This document shows, one piece after another, positions 1 through 8,615 of a DNA stretch of 33,678 bases. Origin of the DNA: Pyrinomonadaceae bacterium (lineage in GTDB: Bacteria > Acidobacteriota > Blastocatellia > Pyrinomonadales > Pyrinomonadaceae); assembly GCA_014379795.1 (NCBI GenBank), contig JACMLC010000094.1, positions 1 to 33,678 of the forward strand, in the 5' to 3' direction. Below the pieces are notes generated by a model. The model was not told the origin of the DNA. It ran no database searches and saw nothing but the letters and a program-made list of their open reading frames with translations. Both the position numbers and the translations under genes were made by a program. Numbering within the stretch: the stretch's first letter is position 1; each line of letters opens with the position of its first letter.

Positions 1-1230
1 CATGATCATGATCATGTCCTGCGGGTAACCCGGCACCTTCTTCCTATCCTGATCTTTCCTGTCCTGACCGACGAGATTCGAGACGTTCTTCTCCTTCGCG
101 TCCATTCCCATTCCGCGCCCCATCTTCGGTCCCAGGTCTTCCGAAAGGGCGTTGCCCTGCCGCACTACGCCCATGCCCTCTTCCATCCCGCCGCCGGTCT
201 CAGTGCCTTTGCTGACGCTACCTATCGGGCCGACCATCGAGACCATCTGGTTCATCATGTGGTGCGGCAGGTGGCAGTGCAGCATCCACTCGCCCGGATA
301 GATAGCGTCGAACTCTATATCGCGCGCCTGCGCCACGCCGACGAGCACCGTGTTGCCGGGAAACCATGCCGTCTCAGGGATGCGGCCACCCTCCGTGCCC
401 GTAACATAGAACTGGTTGCCGTGAATGTGCATGGGGTGATGATCCATGCCGAGATTGACCATGCGTATGCGCACGCGCTCTCCGAGTTTGACGATCAGAG
501 GCGTGGTCGCGGGTCCGGCCTTGCCGTTGATGGTCAGCCAGTTGAACTCCATCGCCAGCGTGTTCGGGACCGGATTATTCGGGAGCAGCGCCCACTCTTG
601 CAGGATTAGCCCGAAATCCTTATCCACGCGCGGCGAGTACGGCTCTTTCGGGTGGATGATGAAGAGGCCGATCATACCCATCATCTCCTGCATCGCCCCG
701 TGCGAGTGGTAGAAGAAGGTGCCGTTCTGGCGCAGCACGAACTCATAAGTGAACGTCCCGCCGGGTAAGACCATCGGCTGGCTGATAAAGGGGACGCCGT
801 CCATCTCAAGCGGAACTTCAAGCCCGTGCCAGTGAACGGTCGTCCCCTCCGGCAGCTTATTGTGAAAGACTATGCGCACATGGTCGCCTTCGTTGACTTC
901 GATGGTCGGGCCGGGCACGCTGCCGTTGTAGCCCCACCCGTACATTTCCCTGATGGGAAGGAGCTGTGTTTTCACGACCTCCGCCGTCAGGTGAAAGACC
1001 TTCACGTTGCCGTCCATCGTCCACGGGAGGTGCGGGATGTCCGGCGTTTGCACGGGAACAATCCCGGCGGAATTAGGCTGCCTGTTGTCGGCTTTAGGCG
1101 GAGCTTGCTGCTGTTGCTGCGGCATCACATGCCCCTCGTGCTGCGCTTGAACGGCCTTCGAGCTTGCCAGCACAGTGCCGGCGGCGACGAGCGATGAGCG
1201 CCTGAGAAAATTTCGTCTGCTGTTATTCAT
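1..1230 (-). CDS. Multicopper oxidase (CopA/CueO-type), Tat-exported; the C-terminus lies beyond the window start
   Basis: My own minus-strand translation from ATG at 1230-1228; the frame stays open to position 1, which probably explains its absence from the ORF track. Starts MNNSRRNFLRRSSLVAAG (twin-arginine signal). Copper-ligand motifs HWHG, HSHG, HPMHIHG and HCHLPHHM, plus a Met-rich tail (GGMEEGMG, GRGMGMD, QDMIMIM). Confidence 0.9.
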   Translation of the reverse strand, partial: MNNSRRNFLRRSSLVAAGTVLASSKAVQAQHEGHVMPQQQQQAPPKADNRQPNSAGIVPVQTPDIPHLPWTMDGNVKVFHLTAEVVKTQLLPIREMYGWGYNGSVPGPTIEVNEGDHVRIVFHNKLPEGTTVHWHGLEVPLEMDGVPFISQPMVLPGGTFTYEFVLRQNGTFFYHSHGAMQEMMGMIGLFIIHPKEPYSPRVDKDFGLILQEWALLPNNPVPNTLAMEFNWLTINGKAGPATTPLIVKLGERVRIRMVNLGMDHHPMHIHGNQFYVTGTEGGRIPETAWFPGNTVLVGVAQARDIEFDAIYPGEWMLHCHLPHHMMNQMVSMVGPIGSVSKGTETGGGMEEGMGVVRQGNALSEDLGPKMGRGMGMDAKEKNVSNLVGQDRKDQDRKKVPGYPQDMIMIM

Positions 1231-1281
1231 TTAGTTACTCCTGTACTTGTTCAAAACTTTTCATGGCCAGCGGTGACACGA

Positions 1282-2979
1282 TTAAGGGTTGTCAGAATCG
1301 CCCGTGACTTCATTCGGTGTTCTGAGCTGGAACCCTTCGGTGCCTTCTCCACCAAGCTCACCGGGCCTGGCAATCCCCTCTAAGCCTCCCGTTAAGAGGA
1401 ATCCTCTGATGCCCACGAGGCTCTGCCTCATGCCGATGAGCGCGCGCGCGTATTCCACCTCAACCTGGAAGAGCGTGCGCTGCGCGATTAAGACCTGCGG
1501 GTAGGAGGCGGCCATCTGGCTGAAGTTCGAGAGATACATCTCGTAGGCCCGACGCGCCCTCGGGATGATCTGGGTGCGATACTTCTCGACAATCTGCTGC
1601 GAGTGACGGTATTCGCGGAAAGCGGAAGCGAACCGCGAGCGCAAGAGCAGTTGCAGGCGCTGTAGATCACGCTCCGCAATGGCTTGTTCGGCCTCGGCGG
1701 TGGCGATGCCGCCCTGATTTCGGTTGAAGATGGGAAGCGTGATACCGAATTCGAGACGGCTTTCCCAGCCTTTTCTTCCGCTTAGGACTTGCGGGGGGAT
1801 CGGCTCGATGCGTTCGTAGTTGTAACCCACTCCTCCGCGCACAAAGAGGTCCGGGATGCGTTCGGCACGTGCCCGGTCAATCACCGCCTGCGCGCGAGCG
1901 ACGCCCGTCTGCGCCACCCTCAGCTCAGGACTATCTCGCAGCAGTGTCGAGAGGATGGTCTCCTGGTCGAGCGTCATTTCCTGCTCTTCCAAATTGCCCG
2001 CCAGCCGCCCCGGACTCAGATCGGGTTTGCCGATCATCGCGGAAAGAGTGCGCCAGGACTGCTCCCAATCGGTGTGAGCCTGCAAGAGTTCAATCGCTGC
2101 TCTCTCGGCTTCAATCTCGATCCCCAATTGATCGGGCGTGTCGGCCTGGCCGACGTTGTGTAGTTCCGCGGTAATTTCCACCGCCTCGCGTGTCAGTCGC
2201 GCCAGGTCGCCACGCAGCTCAACCAGTCGCTGTGCTCCCAGGGTCTCGAAGTAGAGGACGCGGATCGAGTTGAGGACGCGTAGTCGTTGCGCCTCGGCGA
2301 TGGTCTGCGACTGCTCAACCTCGCGTGCCATGACTCGGCGCGCCTTACTGAGTTTCCCGCCCAGCAGAATATTCTGCTCGATAAATACGCCGTGCTCGCT
2401 GGTCTCGCCCGGATTGCGGAAGGCGAGTTCTTCGGCGAAGTAGCCGACGACCGGGTTGGGCCAAAGCCCCGCCTGACGCCTGCGCCCCTCCGCGGCTCGA
2501 ACAGCAGCATCGGCCTGAGCGAGCGTCGGGTTGTTTTGTGTCGCCATCGCTTCAAGCTCTTCCAACCTGATAACCGGCCCGGCTGGAATCGGACTCTGCG
2601 GCAAGGCCGGGAGAGCTTCACGCGGAGTTGTTGGGGCGGGTAGAGGTATTCGACCCATCCCCGGCATTTGAGAATGATCCACAGGGGTCGGGGAGGGCGA
2701 GGGACTGGACTCTGGCGTCGGAGTTGGAGCAGGGCTTGCGCTCACCTTCACCTCCTGCATGTCGTCTCTTGGTGATGTCGGTTGCTGCGTCGTCGTCGTT
2801 GGTTTGGGTCTCGGTTTTGGCTTGGGCTTCTTCGCAGGCTTTGGTTTGGGTTTGCCCATCTTGCTCATGTCGTGCCCTTCATGACCTTCTTGCGCTCTGG
2901 CAAACGGGAGGGCTGAGACGAAAAGCAGAGCCATGACGAAGAGCGTACACAGCTTCCTTCCTACATTCTGTTTGTTCAT
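1282..2979 (-). CDS. TolC-family outer membrane efflux protein with an unusual His/Met-rich, Lys-Pro low-complexity N-terminal extension
   Basis: 565-aa ORF. Signal peptide MNKQNVGRKLCTLFVMALLFVSALPFARA. The C-terminal ~430 aa have OMF hallmarks (NPTLAQADAAVRAAEGRRRQAGLWPNP; FNRNQGGIATAEAE). The N-terminal region reads HEGHEGHDMSKMGKPKPKPAKKPKPKPRPKP followed by a PSPSPTP linker. Confidence 0.85.
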   Translation of the reverse strand: MNKQNVGRKLCTLFVMALLFVSALPFARAQEGHEGHDMSKMGKPKPKPAKKPKPKPRPKPTTTTQQPTSPRDDMQEVKVSASPAPTPTPESSPSPSPTPVDHSQMPGMGRIPLPAPTTPREALPALPQSPIPAGPVIRLEELEAMATQNNPTLAQADAAVRAAEGRRRQAGLWPNPVVGYFAEELAFRNPGETSEHGVFIEQNILLGGKLSKARRVMAREVEQSQTIAEAQRLRVLNSIRVLYFETLGAQRLVELRGDLARLTREAVEITAELHNVGQADTPDQLGIEIEAERAAIELLQAHTDWEQSWRTLSAMIGKPDLSPGRLAGNLEEQEMTLDQETILSTLLRDSPELRVAQTGVARAQAVIDRARAERIPDLFVRGGVGYNYERIEPIPPQVLSGRKGWESRLEFGITLPIFNRNQGGIATAEAEQAIAERDLQRLQLLLRSRFASAFREYRHSQQIVEKYRTQIIPRARRAYEMYLSNFSQMAASYPQVLIAQRTLFQVEVEYARALIGMRQSLVGIRGFLLTGGLEGIARPGELGGEGTEGFQLRTPNEVTGDSDNP

Positions 2980-3119
2980 GATTCCCCTCGAAAATGATTG
3001 ATGGAGAACGCAAGCGAGCTGATAGGCAGCCCACTCACGCTCCTCGCTCTAAAGCTTGGGCTCTTTAGACACGGATGTGCGCTTCCAGTCTTTGCGACTG
3101 AAACATTTTCGAAGGGGTT

Positions 3120-3590
3120 TTAGATTAGGAAAACATTGAGGAGGAGATGCCTGCGCGAGAGTGTGCCGGGCGGCGCGTGCTGTCTGGCCTGCACGGGCGG
3201 CGCAAACGAGGTTGCGAACGACGAAAGAAAACCGGATGGCGGCAGCACCGGGACGCCGGCATCACGCTTTGAAAGTTCCGCTACGCGCGTGAAGACCAAA
3301 AGGTTAGCCGGAGTTTCAGGGTTGGTTATGCAATGTGTGCATGGCCCTGTCTGTCCTTCGAATGAGGCTCTTTGCGCCTCTTCTTCGGCATCTGGCGGCT
3401 CAATGGCTTCCGCCTCATCGCTCGCCATCTCTTCATGACACGACGAACCCTCTCTGTGCTGAGCTACGGTTTCGATCCTTTCATGAGCGCGGCGGGCTTG
3501 CTTGTGCGGGCAGAGCGTATCCGCAAACACAACTCCCCAGCCACTCACAAAGAGCAGAGAGATGATAAGGATGAGCAGAACTCTTTTCAT
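3120..3590 (-). CDS. Secreted or membrane-anchored Cys/His-containing protein of unknown function
   Basis: 156-aa ORF. N-terminal hydrophobic signal MKRVLLILIISLLFVSGWGVVFA. Cys/His motifs CPH, SSCHEEM and CTHC, plus an acidic stretch. Same strand as, and between, the cupredoxin and OMF genes. No family recognised. Confidence 0.5.
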   Translation of the reverse strand: MKRVLLILIISLLFVSGWGVVFADTLCPHKQARRAHERIETVAQHREGSSCHEEMASDEAEAIEPPDAEEEAQRASFEGQTGPCTHCITNPETPANLLVFTRVAELSKRDAGVPVLPPSGFLSSFATSFAPPVQARQHAPPGTLSRRHLLLNVFLI

Positions 3591-3709
3591 TGAATCCTAT
3601 TATTCTAAACTATGCGCGCGAGCTAGTCCATGCCTAAACCCGTTTTAGAGTGTGAGAAGCCGGTTCAGGTTGCACTAACACTCTCTTACATCTGAAATCC
3701 CTTTGCCAT

Positions 3710-4087
3710 TTACTGAACAATCAGCTTGCCTCGATACATATTCATCCCGCAGGTGAACTCATACTCTCCAGGCTTCTCCGGCCTAATCTCAACCGGAACC
3801 GTTCTGTCCTGCGGCAGGTGTGCGCGTTTGCCGAAATCCGGCAGTATGACTTCCTCACCGCACGGCGTTGATTCGCGGCGCGTGAAGTTCAAGCGGAGCA
3901 CTTGTCCGGCTTTGGCTGTGATGATGGAAGGCTGGTAGCCTCCCTTGACCGTTACATCAATCTCCTGCACGCCTCGCTCCGAACTGCGCGCGGCCACTGA
4001 TTCGCCCTTCCACAACCAGAAGTACCAGATGATCCAGCCGATGATTCCAAGCCCCACGAGGGTCACGATCACATTTGTCGTATTCAT
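3710..4087 (-). CDS. Small membrane-anchored cupredoxin-like protein
   Basis: 125-aa ORF. One N-terminal TM helix (VIVTLVGLGIIGWIIWYFWLW) followed by a beta-rich domain ending EYEFTCGMNMYRGKLIV. Its ATG overlaps the stop of the upstream ATPase gene (ATGA at 4084-4087), suggesting translational coupling. Confidence 0.7.
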   Translation of the reverse strand: MNTTNVIVTLVGLGIIGWIIWYFWLWKGESVAARSSERGVQEIDVTVKGGYQPSIITAKAGQVLRLNFTRRESTPCGEEVILPDFGKRAHLPQDRTVPVEIRPEKPGEYEFTCGMNMYRGKLIVQ

Positions 4088-6393
4088 GATTGCATCTCCC
4101 TGACGCGGCGCGGCCCAAAGAGCCGCAGCCGGTTAGCGTTTGTCACTACGGTAATGCTTGATGCGGCCATTGCCGCCCCCGCGATGATCGGCGACAGCAA
4201 GATACGGAAAATCGGATACAACGCTCCGGCAGCCAGAGGGATGCCGAGCACGTTATAAATAAAAGCCCCGAATAGATTCTGTTTGATATTCCTCAGAGTC
4301 GCACGCGAGGTTTCAATGGCGGTGACGACTCCCCATAAACTTCCGCCGACGAGCGTCACGTCTGCGGCCTCAATCGCCACATCAGTTCCTGTACCAATGG
4401 CAAAGCCCACATTTGCCTGTGCCAACGCCGGAGCATCGTTGATTCCATCACCCACCATCCCGACCAGTGCGCCACTCTCTGCTTGCAGCTTTTCTATCTG
4501 CTGCGCCTTCTCTTCCGGCAACACCTCCGCCAGCACACGCGTGATGCCGACCTGACGCGCGATGGCCTTTGCCGTGCGCTCGTTATCGCCGGTGATCATC
4601 ACGACCTCGATGCCCATTTGTTCAAGCGCGCGGATCGCCGCGACGGAATCCTCTTTAATCGTATCTGCGACTCCGATGACTCCGGCGGGCTTGCCGTCCA
4701 CCGCGACGAACATGGGCGTCTTGCCTTCATCGGCGAGGCGGGCTGCTTGCTGCTCGAACGCATCCACATCTACGTTCTCTCGTTTCATCAGCTTAAGGTT
4801 GCCGACCAACACTCGCCGTCCTTCAACCGTCGCCTCGACGCCGTGTCCCGGCACTGCATTAAAATCTTCAGGCTCAGCGAGATTTATTCCGCGCTTGCGT
4901 GCGCCTTCAACGATAGCCTCTGCCAGAGGGTGCTCGCTACGCCGGTCTGCGATTGCCGCCAATCTCAGGAGTTCTGCTTCGTCGGAGACTCCGAGCGGCA
5001 GGACATCCGTCAACTCAGGTTTTCCTTTGGTAATCGTCCCGGTCTTATCAAGCACGATGGTAGTTAGCTGGGATGCTGTTTCGAGAGCCTCTCCATTGCG
5101 AATCAGCACACCGTATTCGGCAGCTTTACCGACTCCAACCATCAAGCTGATCGGAGTGGCTAAACCCAGAGCACAGGGGCATGCGATGACCAGCACGGAG
5201 ACCATCGTGACAATCGAATAGTTCCACACAGGCTCCGGGCCAAAGTTGAACCACGCGAGAAAAGTGAGGATGGCGATAATCATCACCGATGGCACAAAGT
5301 AAGATGAGATTTTATCCACAAGCCGCCCGATGGGAGGCTTCGAGTTCTGCGCCCGCTCGACCATCTCGACGATGCGAGCGAGTGCAGTCTCCTTGCCGAC
5401 CTTTGTCGCGCGAAAAGTGAACGCCCCGGTCTTGTTCACGCTAGAGCCGATGACAGTATCTTTCGGCTTCTTATCCACCGGCACGGACTCGCCCGTCACC
5501 ACCGATTCATCAATTGCCGATTCGCCTTCGAGGATGATGCCATCCACAGGAACTTTCTCTCCCGGCCTGACGAGTACCGTATCACCGACTACGACCTCTT
5601 CGATGGGCACATCCATCTCACGGCCATCACGGATGACGCGCGCCGTCTTAGCCTGTAGTTCGAGCAGCTTTCTGATGGCGGCAGAAGAACGCCGCTTGGC
5701 TCTTATCTCCAACGCCTGTCCGAGCAGGATAAGCGCGATGACGATCACCGCCACCTCGAAATACATCCCGGCTGTGCCCGCCGGAAAGAGATTGGGCGCA
5801 AGCGCAACAACTGTTGAATAAGCCCATGCCGCGCCTGTGCCGAGCGCGACCAGCGTGTCCATATTCGTGTTGTGATTACGAAAGCCGTTCCACGCGCCCG
5901 CAAAGAACTGGCTGCCCGACCATGCCAGCACCGGCAGCGTGACGATGGCCGAGACGATGCCGATGGCTCTGTGATAAGGCATCAACGCATGACGCCATTC
6001 CGGCACGAACTCTGCGAACATCAGGAGCAGGAGAGGGATGCCAACCGCCGTGGCAAACCAGAACTTACGCATCATCGTCCGATAGCTCTGCTCTTGCGCT
6101 TCTTCGGCATCTGCTTCGGACAGAGCCTCAGCTTGATGGTGAGCATGCTCGCTGTGCGCTGGAGCAGTTTGCGGCTGTGAGGGAGCAGCCTGATAAGCAA
6201 CATGGTCACGATGCGCCGCTTGGGTTGTGTTAGTCCCTACACCAGCGTCGAACTTCTCTTTGCACCCCTTCGAGCAGAAGTAATACATCTGCCCATCCCT
6301 CTCGCTCACGCCTGCCGCGCGCTCTGGATCAACCGTCATCCCGCAGATTGGGTCAACGTGAACCTGTTTGGCTTTGGTTGCCATCTTCCCCAT
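4084..6393 (-). CDS. copA: Copper-translocating P1B-type ATPase with a YHS/TRASH-like N-terminal domain
   Basis: 769-aa ORF. Motifs TGES (VVTGESVP), CPC (ACPCALGLATP), DKTGT (LDKTGTIT), GDGINDAP and MAASS in the last TM. The N-terminus has DPICGMTV...YYFCSKGCKEKF and a His-rich linker (HSEHAHHQ). No GMTCxxC HMA domain. Confidence 0.95.
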   Translation of the reverse strand: MGKMATKAKQVHVDPICGMTVDPERAAGVSERDGQMYYFCSKGCKEKFDAGVGTNTTQAAHRDHVAYQAAPSQPQTAPAHSEHAHHQAEALSEADAEEAQEQSYRTMMRKFWFATAVGIPLLLLMFAEFVPEWRHALMPYHRAIGIVSAIVTLPVLAWSGSQFFAGAWNGFRNHNTNMDTLVALGTGAAWAYSTVVALAPNLFPAGTAGMYFEVAVIVIALILLGQALEIRAKRRSSAAIRKLLELQAKTARVIRDGREMDVPIEEVVVGDTVLVRPGEKVPVDGIILEGESAIDESVVTGESVPVDKKPKDTVIGSSVNKTGAFTFRATKVGKETALARIVEMVERAQNSKPPIGRLVDKISSYFVPSVMIIAILTFLAWFNFGPEPVWNYSIVTMVSVLVIACPCALGLATPISLMVGVGKAAEYGVLIRNGEALETASQLTTIVLDKTGTITKGKPELTDVLPLGVSDEAELLRLAAIADRRSEHPLAEAIVEGARKRGINLAEPEDFNAVPGHGVEATVEGRRVLVGNLKLMKRENVDVDAFEQQAARLADEGKTPMFVAVDGKPAGVIGVADTIKEDSVAAIRALEQMGIEVVMITGDNERTAKAIARQVGITRVLAEVLPEEKAQQIEKLQAESGALVGMVGDGINDAPALAQANVGFAIGTGTDVAIEAADVTLVGGSLWGVVTAIETSRATLRNIKQNLFGAFIYNVLGIPLAAGALYPIFRILLSPIIAGAAMAASSITVVTNANRLRLFGPRRVREMQS

Positions 6394-6440
6394 CCTTCCC
6401 GAAGTGTTCTTCGGCCTCGTTATCCCCTTTATTCGTCGCC

Positions 6441-6944
6441 TTACTTATTTCTCTTCTTCCTGTTTAATTTCTTCCCGACGCTCGCCGTATGTTCGACATG
6501 CGCGCCCTCTATCAGGCCGCAGATATGTCCGGGAGCTTGGCCGACGCGATCCCATTCTTCCAGCGTCACGGCGATAGATTTGCGGTAACGCTTGAGTTCA
6601 CTAATACGCTCTTCAACTTCCGCCAGACGCCGCCTAACGATCTCTCGTACTTCATCGCAAGGGCTGTGTCCCATTCGTGCGTCGTCGACAATGCGGCGAA
6701 TTTCAGCGAGCGAGAATCCGAGCGCCTGCGCCTGCTTGATAAATGCCAGCCGCTCAAGCACGTCCCGCGAATAGACGCGATAACCGCTATATGTGCGAGC
6801 GGGCTTATCCAGCAACCCGCTCTTTTCATAAAAACGGAGCGCCTCGATGCCGATGCCTGAGAGCTTGGCGACATCGCCGATCTTGAGCATCGTCTGCTGC
6901 TGCTCCTCATCTACCATCACTGTTTGTCGTGGCAGGCTCCTCAT
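6441..6944 (-). CDS. MerR-family heavy-metal-responsive transcriptional regulator (start uncertain)
   Basis: The ORF track starts at 7010, which lies inside the predicted promoter. The ATG at 6944-6942 follows GAGGAGAGAG (Shine-Dalgarno). An alternative ATG at 6890 gives MLKIGD. HTH MLKIGDVAKLSGIGIEALRFYEKSGLL, long dimerisation helix, Cys at SPCDEV and a C-terminal HICGLIEGAHVEH. Confidence 0.85.
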   Translation of the reverse strand: MRSLPRQTVMVDEEQQQTMLKIGDVAKLSGIGIEALRFYEKSGLLDKPARTYSGYRVYSRDVLERLAFIKQAQALGFSLAEIRRIVDDARMGHSPCDEVREIVRRRLAEVEERISELKRYRKSIAVTLEEWDRVGQAPGHICGLIEGAHVEHTASVGKKLNRKKRNK

Positions 6945-6978
6945 TGTGGTCTCTCTCCTCGTCCATTGAATTAGCTGT

Positions 6979-7010
6979 AGTGTAAACCCTGTAGTCGGGT
7001 ACAGTGTCAA
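6979..7010 (-). promoter_or_regulatory. MerR-type promoter/operator for the merR-copA operon
   Basis: The minus strand reads TTGACA (7010-7005), a 20-bp spacer, then TACACT (6984-6979). The spacer contains the imperfect dyad CTGTAC-CCGA-CTACAG (7004-6989). An over-long spacer with an internal dyad is the MerR-family promoter signature. Confidence 0.55.
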
Positions 7011-7224
7011 GAGGGAAGATGAATTTATTTTTTAAGTGAGGTAGAGACTTATCTAATGAGGTTTAAGGAAAGTTGATTCAACACCGCGATTGCAGCCGCA
7101 AGAATTGATAGTGACATATACGTGGTTTTTGGATTACCATCTCATCCTTCAAGCCGGATAGAACCAACCGTCTCTCGTAGGCCGCTTACCATATCGCTCT
7201 ACTTAAAGAGTAGAGGGAGATACT

Positions 7225-8583
7225 ATGAAAAGTTACAGCCGACCATTATTCCTATTAGTCATTGCTTTTTGCGGAATCATTTGGTGGAACATACCTCTGC
7301 GCTCCGCACCCATATTACAGGGAACCGACTTTGCCCCGCCTGCTAATGACAATTTCGCTAATGCACAGGTGATTAGCGGGGTAACGGGAGCGACGACTGG
7401 CACCAATGTCGAAGCTACCGGAGAGACAGGCGAACCCAATCATGCCAGCAGTTCTTTCCCGGTGAATTCGATTTGGTATGTGTGGACGGCTCCCGCCAAT
7501 CTGAGCATGCGCTTCAGTACGGCTGGCAGTGCCTTGTCTACAGTCACGATGGCTGTTTATACCGGCTCGGCAGTCAATGCCCTTTCCGTAGTCAACACCA
7601 ACGCTATCTCACCGGGCATTCTGCGCAGCAGTGTCATCTTCATGGCATCTTCCGGGACGACTTATTACATTGCGATTGACGGTCTTGATACGACGGTCGG
7701 CGGCATCTCTCTTAGTTGGGGCATCAATCGCTATTCCAGCAGCAGGCAGTTTAATTTTAATGGGGATAATTCTTCTGACTTCTCAGTCTTCCGCCCCACG
7801 ACAGGCGTCTGGCACACACGCCAGAGCATTAACGGCACAATGAGCGCGCAGCAGTGGGGCGTCAGCACGGATGTTCTAGTCCCCGAAGATTACGATGGCG
7901 ATGGCAAGACGGACACGGCAGTCTGGCGACCAACACAAAGCACATTCTATATTTTGCGAAGCTCAAATAACACTTTCTTTACCCGGCAGTGGGGAACAGC
8001 AAGCGATGTTCCAATTCAGGGTGATTTCGATGGCAACGAGATCGCCGACTTCAATGTCTGGCGTCCGGGCGAAGGGACTTTTTATGTCTTGAGAAATAAC
8101 GGCCAGATGATAGCCCAGCAATGGGGTATTAGTAACGATACACCTGCGCCCGGAGATTACGATGGAGACGGCAAGACTGACTTCGCTGTGCGCCGCACGA
8201 GCGGAGCGGATGCTGGCGTCTTCTACATCCTGCGCAGTTCATCCGGTTCCCTGCTGACTCAAAGTTGGGGTGCAGGCACAGACAAGGTCGTGCCGGGAGA
8301 TTATGACGGAGACGGCAGAAGCGACATAGCTGTTTACCGCGAGAGCGTTCGCACCTTTTACGTTCTTCGCAGCTCAGATGGCTTGCTGATGGGACAGCAG
8401 TGGGGAACGACTGGCGATTTGGCTGCGCCGGGAGATTATGACGGTGACGGGCGAACAGACTTTACGATTTGGCGTCCCGCAGATGGAACCTTCTATTTTC
8501 TCAGTAGCCTCACGAGCACGCTGGTCGTTCAGCCTTGGGGGCTAAATGGCGACCGACCTGTGGCGAACAGTTTTGTTCGCTGA
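7225..8583 (+). CDS. Secreted FG-GAP/VCBS-like repeat (beta-propeller) protein with an N-terminal jelly-roll-like domain
   Basis: 452-aa ORF. SD GGGAGA lies 4 nt upstream of the ATG. Signal/anchor MKSYSRPLFLLVIAFCGIIWW. N-terminal domain NDNFANAQVI...GETGEPNHA...YYIAIDG. C-terminal repeats carry the Ca-binding-like motif DYDGDGKTD. Confidence 0.8.
   Translation: MKSYSRPLFLLVIAFCGIIWWNIPLRSAPILQGTDFAPPANDNFANAQVISGVTGATTGTNVEATGETGEPNHASSSFPVNSIWYVWTAPANLSMRFSTAGSALSTVTMAVYTGSAVNALSVVNTNAISPGILRSSVIFMASSGTTYYIAIDGLDTTVGGISLSWGINRYSSSRQFNFNGDNSSDFSVFRPTTGVWHTRQSINGTMSAQQWGVSTDVLVPEDYDGDGKTDTAVWRPTQSTFYILRSSNNTFFTRQWGTASDVPIQGDFDGNEIADFNVWRPGEGTFYVLRNNGQMIAQQWGISNDTPAPGDYDGDGKTDFAVRRTSGADAGVFYILRSSSGSLLTQSWGAGTDKVVPGDYDGDGRSDIAVYRESVRTFYVLRSSDGLLMGQQWGTTGDLAAPGDYDGDGRTDFTIWRPADGTFYFLSSLTSTLVVQPWGLNGDRPVANSFVR
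7753..8574 (+). repeat. Six to seven tandem ~45-codon coding repeats (FG-GAP-like blades)
   Basis: Repeated unit GDYDGDG(K/R)(T/S)D(F/I)(A/T)V(W/Y)RP..GTFY(I/V)LRS......QQWG...D.P.P, seen at protein residues ~177-450. Confidence 0.8.
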
Positions 8584-8615
8584 GTTGGATGAAATTCCAA
8601 CCCAAGCCTTACTCT

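Noticed and set aside
259-1197. Plus-strand ORFs 259-609, 446-712 and 826-1197
   Set aside because: They are antisense or out of frame relative to the multicopper oxidase gene, which carries all four copper-ligand motifs. Their sequences have no recognisable features.
2984-3117. 13-nt inverted repeat CCCCTCGAAAATG / CATTTTCGAAGGGG flanking the intergenic region between the Cys/His protein gene and the OMF gene
   Set aside because: The repeat is imperfect (one extra base) and the arms are ~106 nt apart. This could be chance; I cannot argue for a stable structure or known element without folding calculations.
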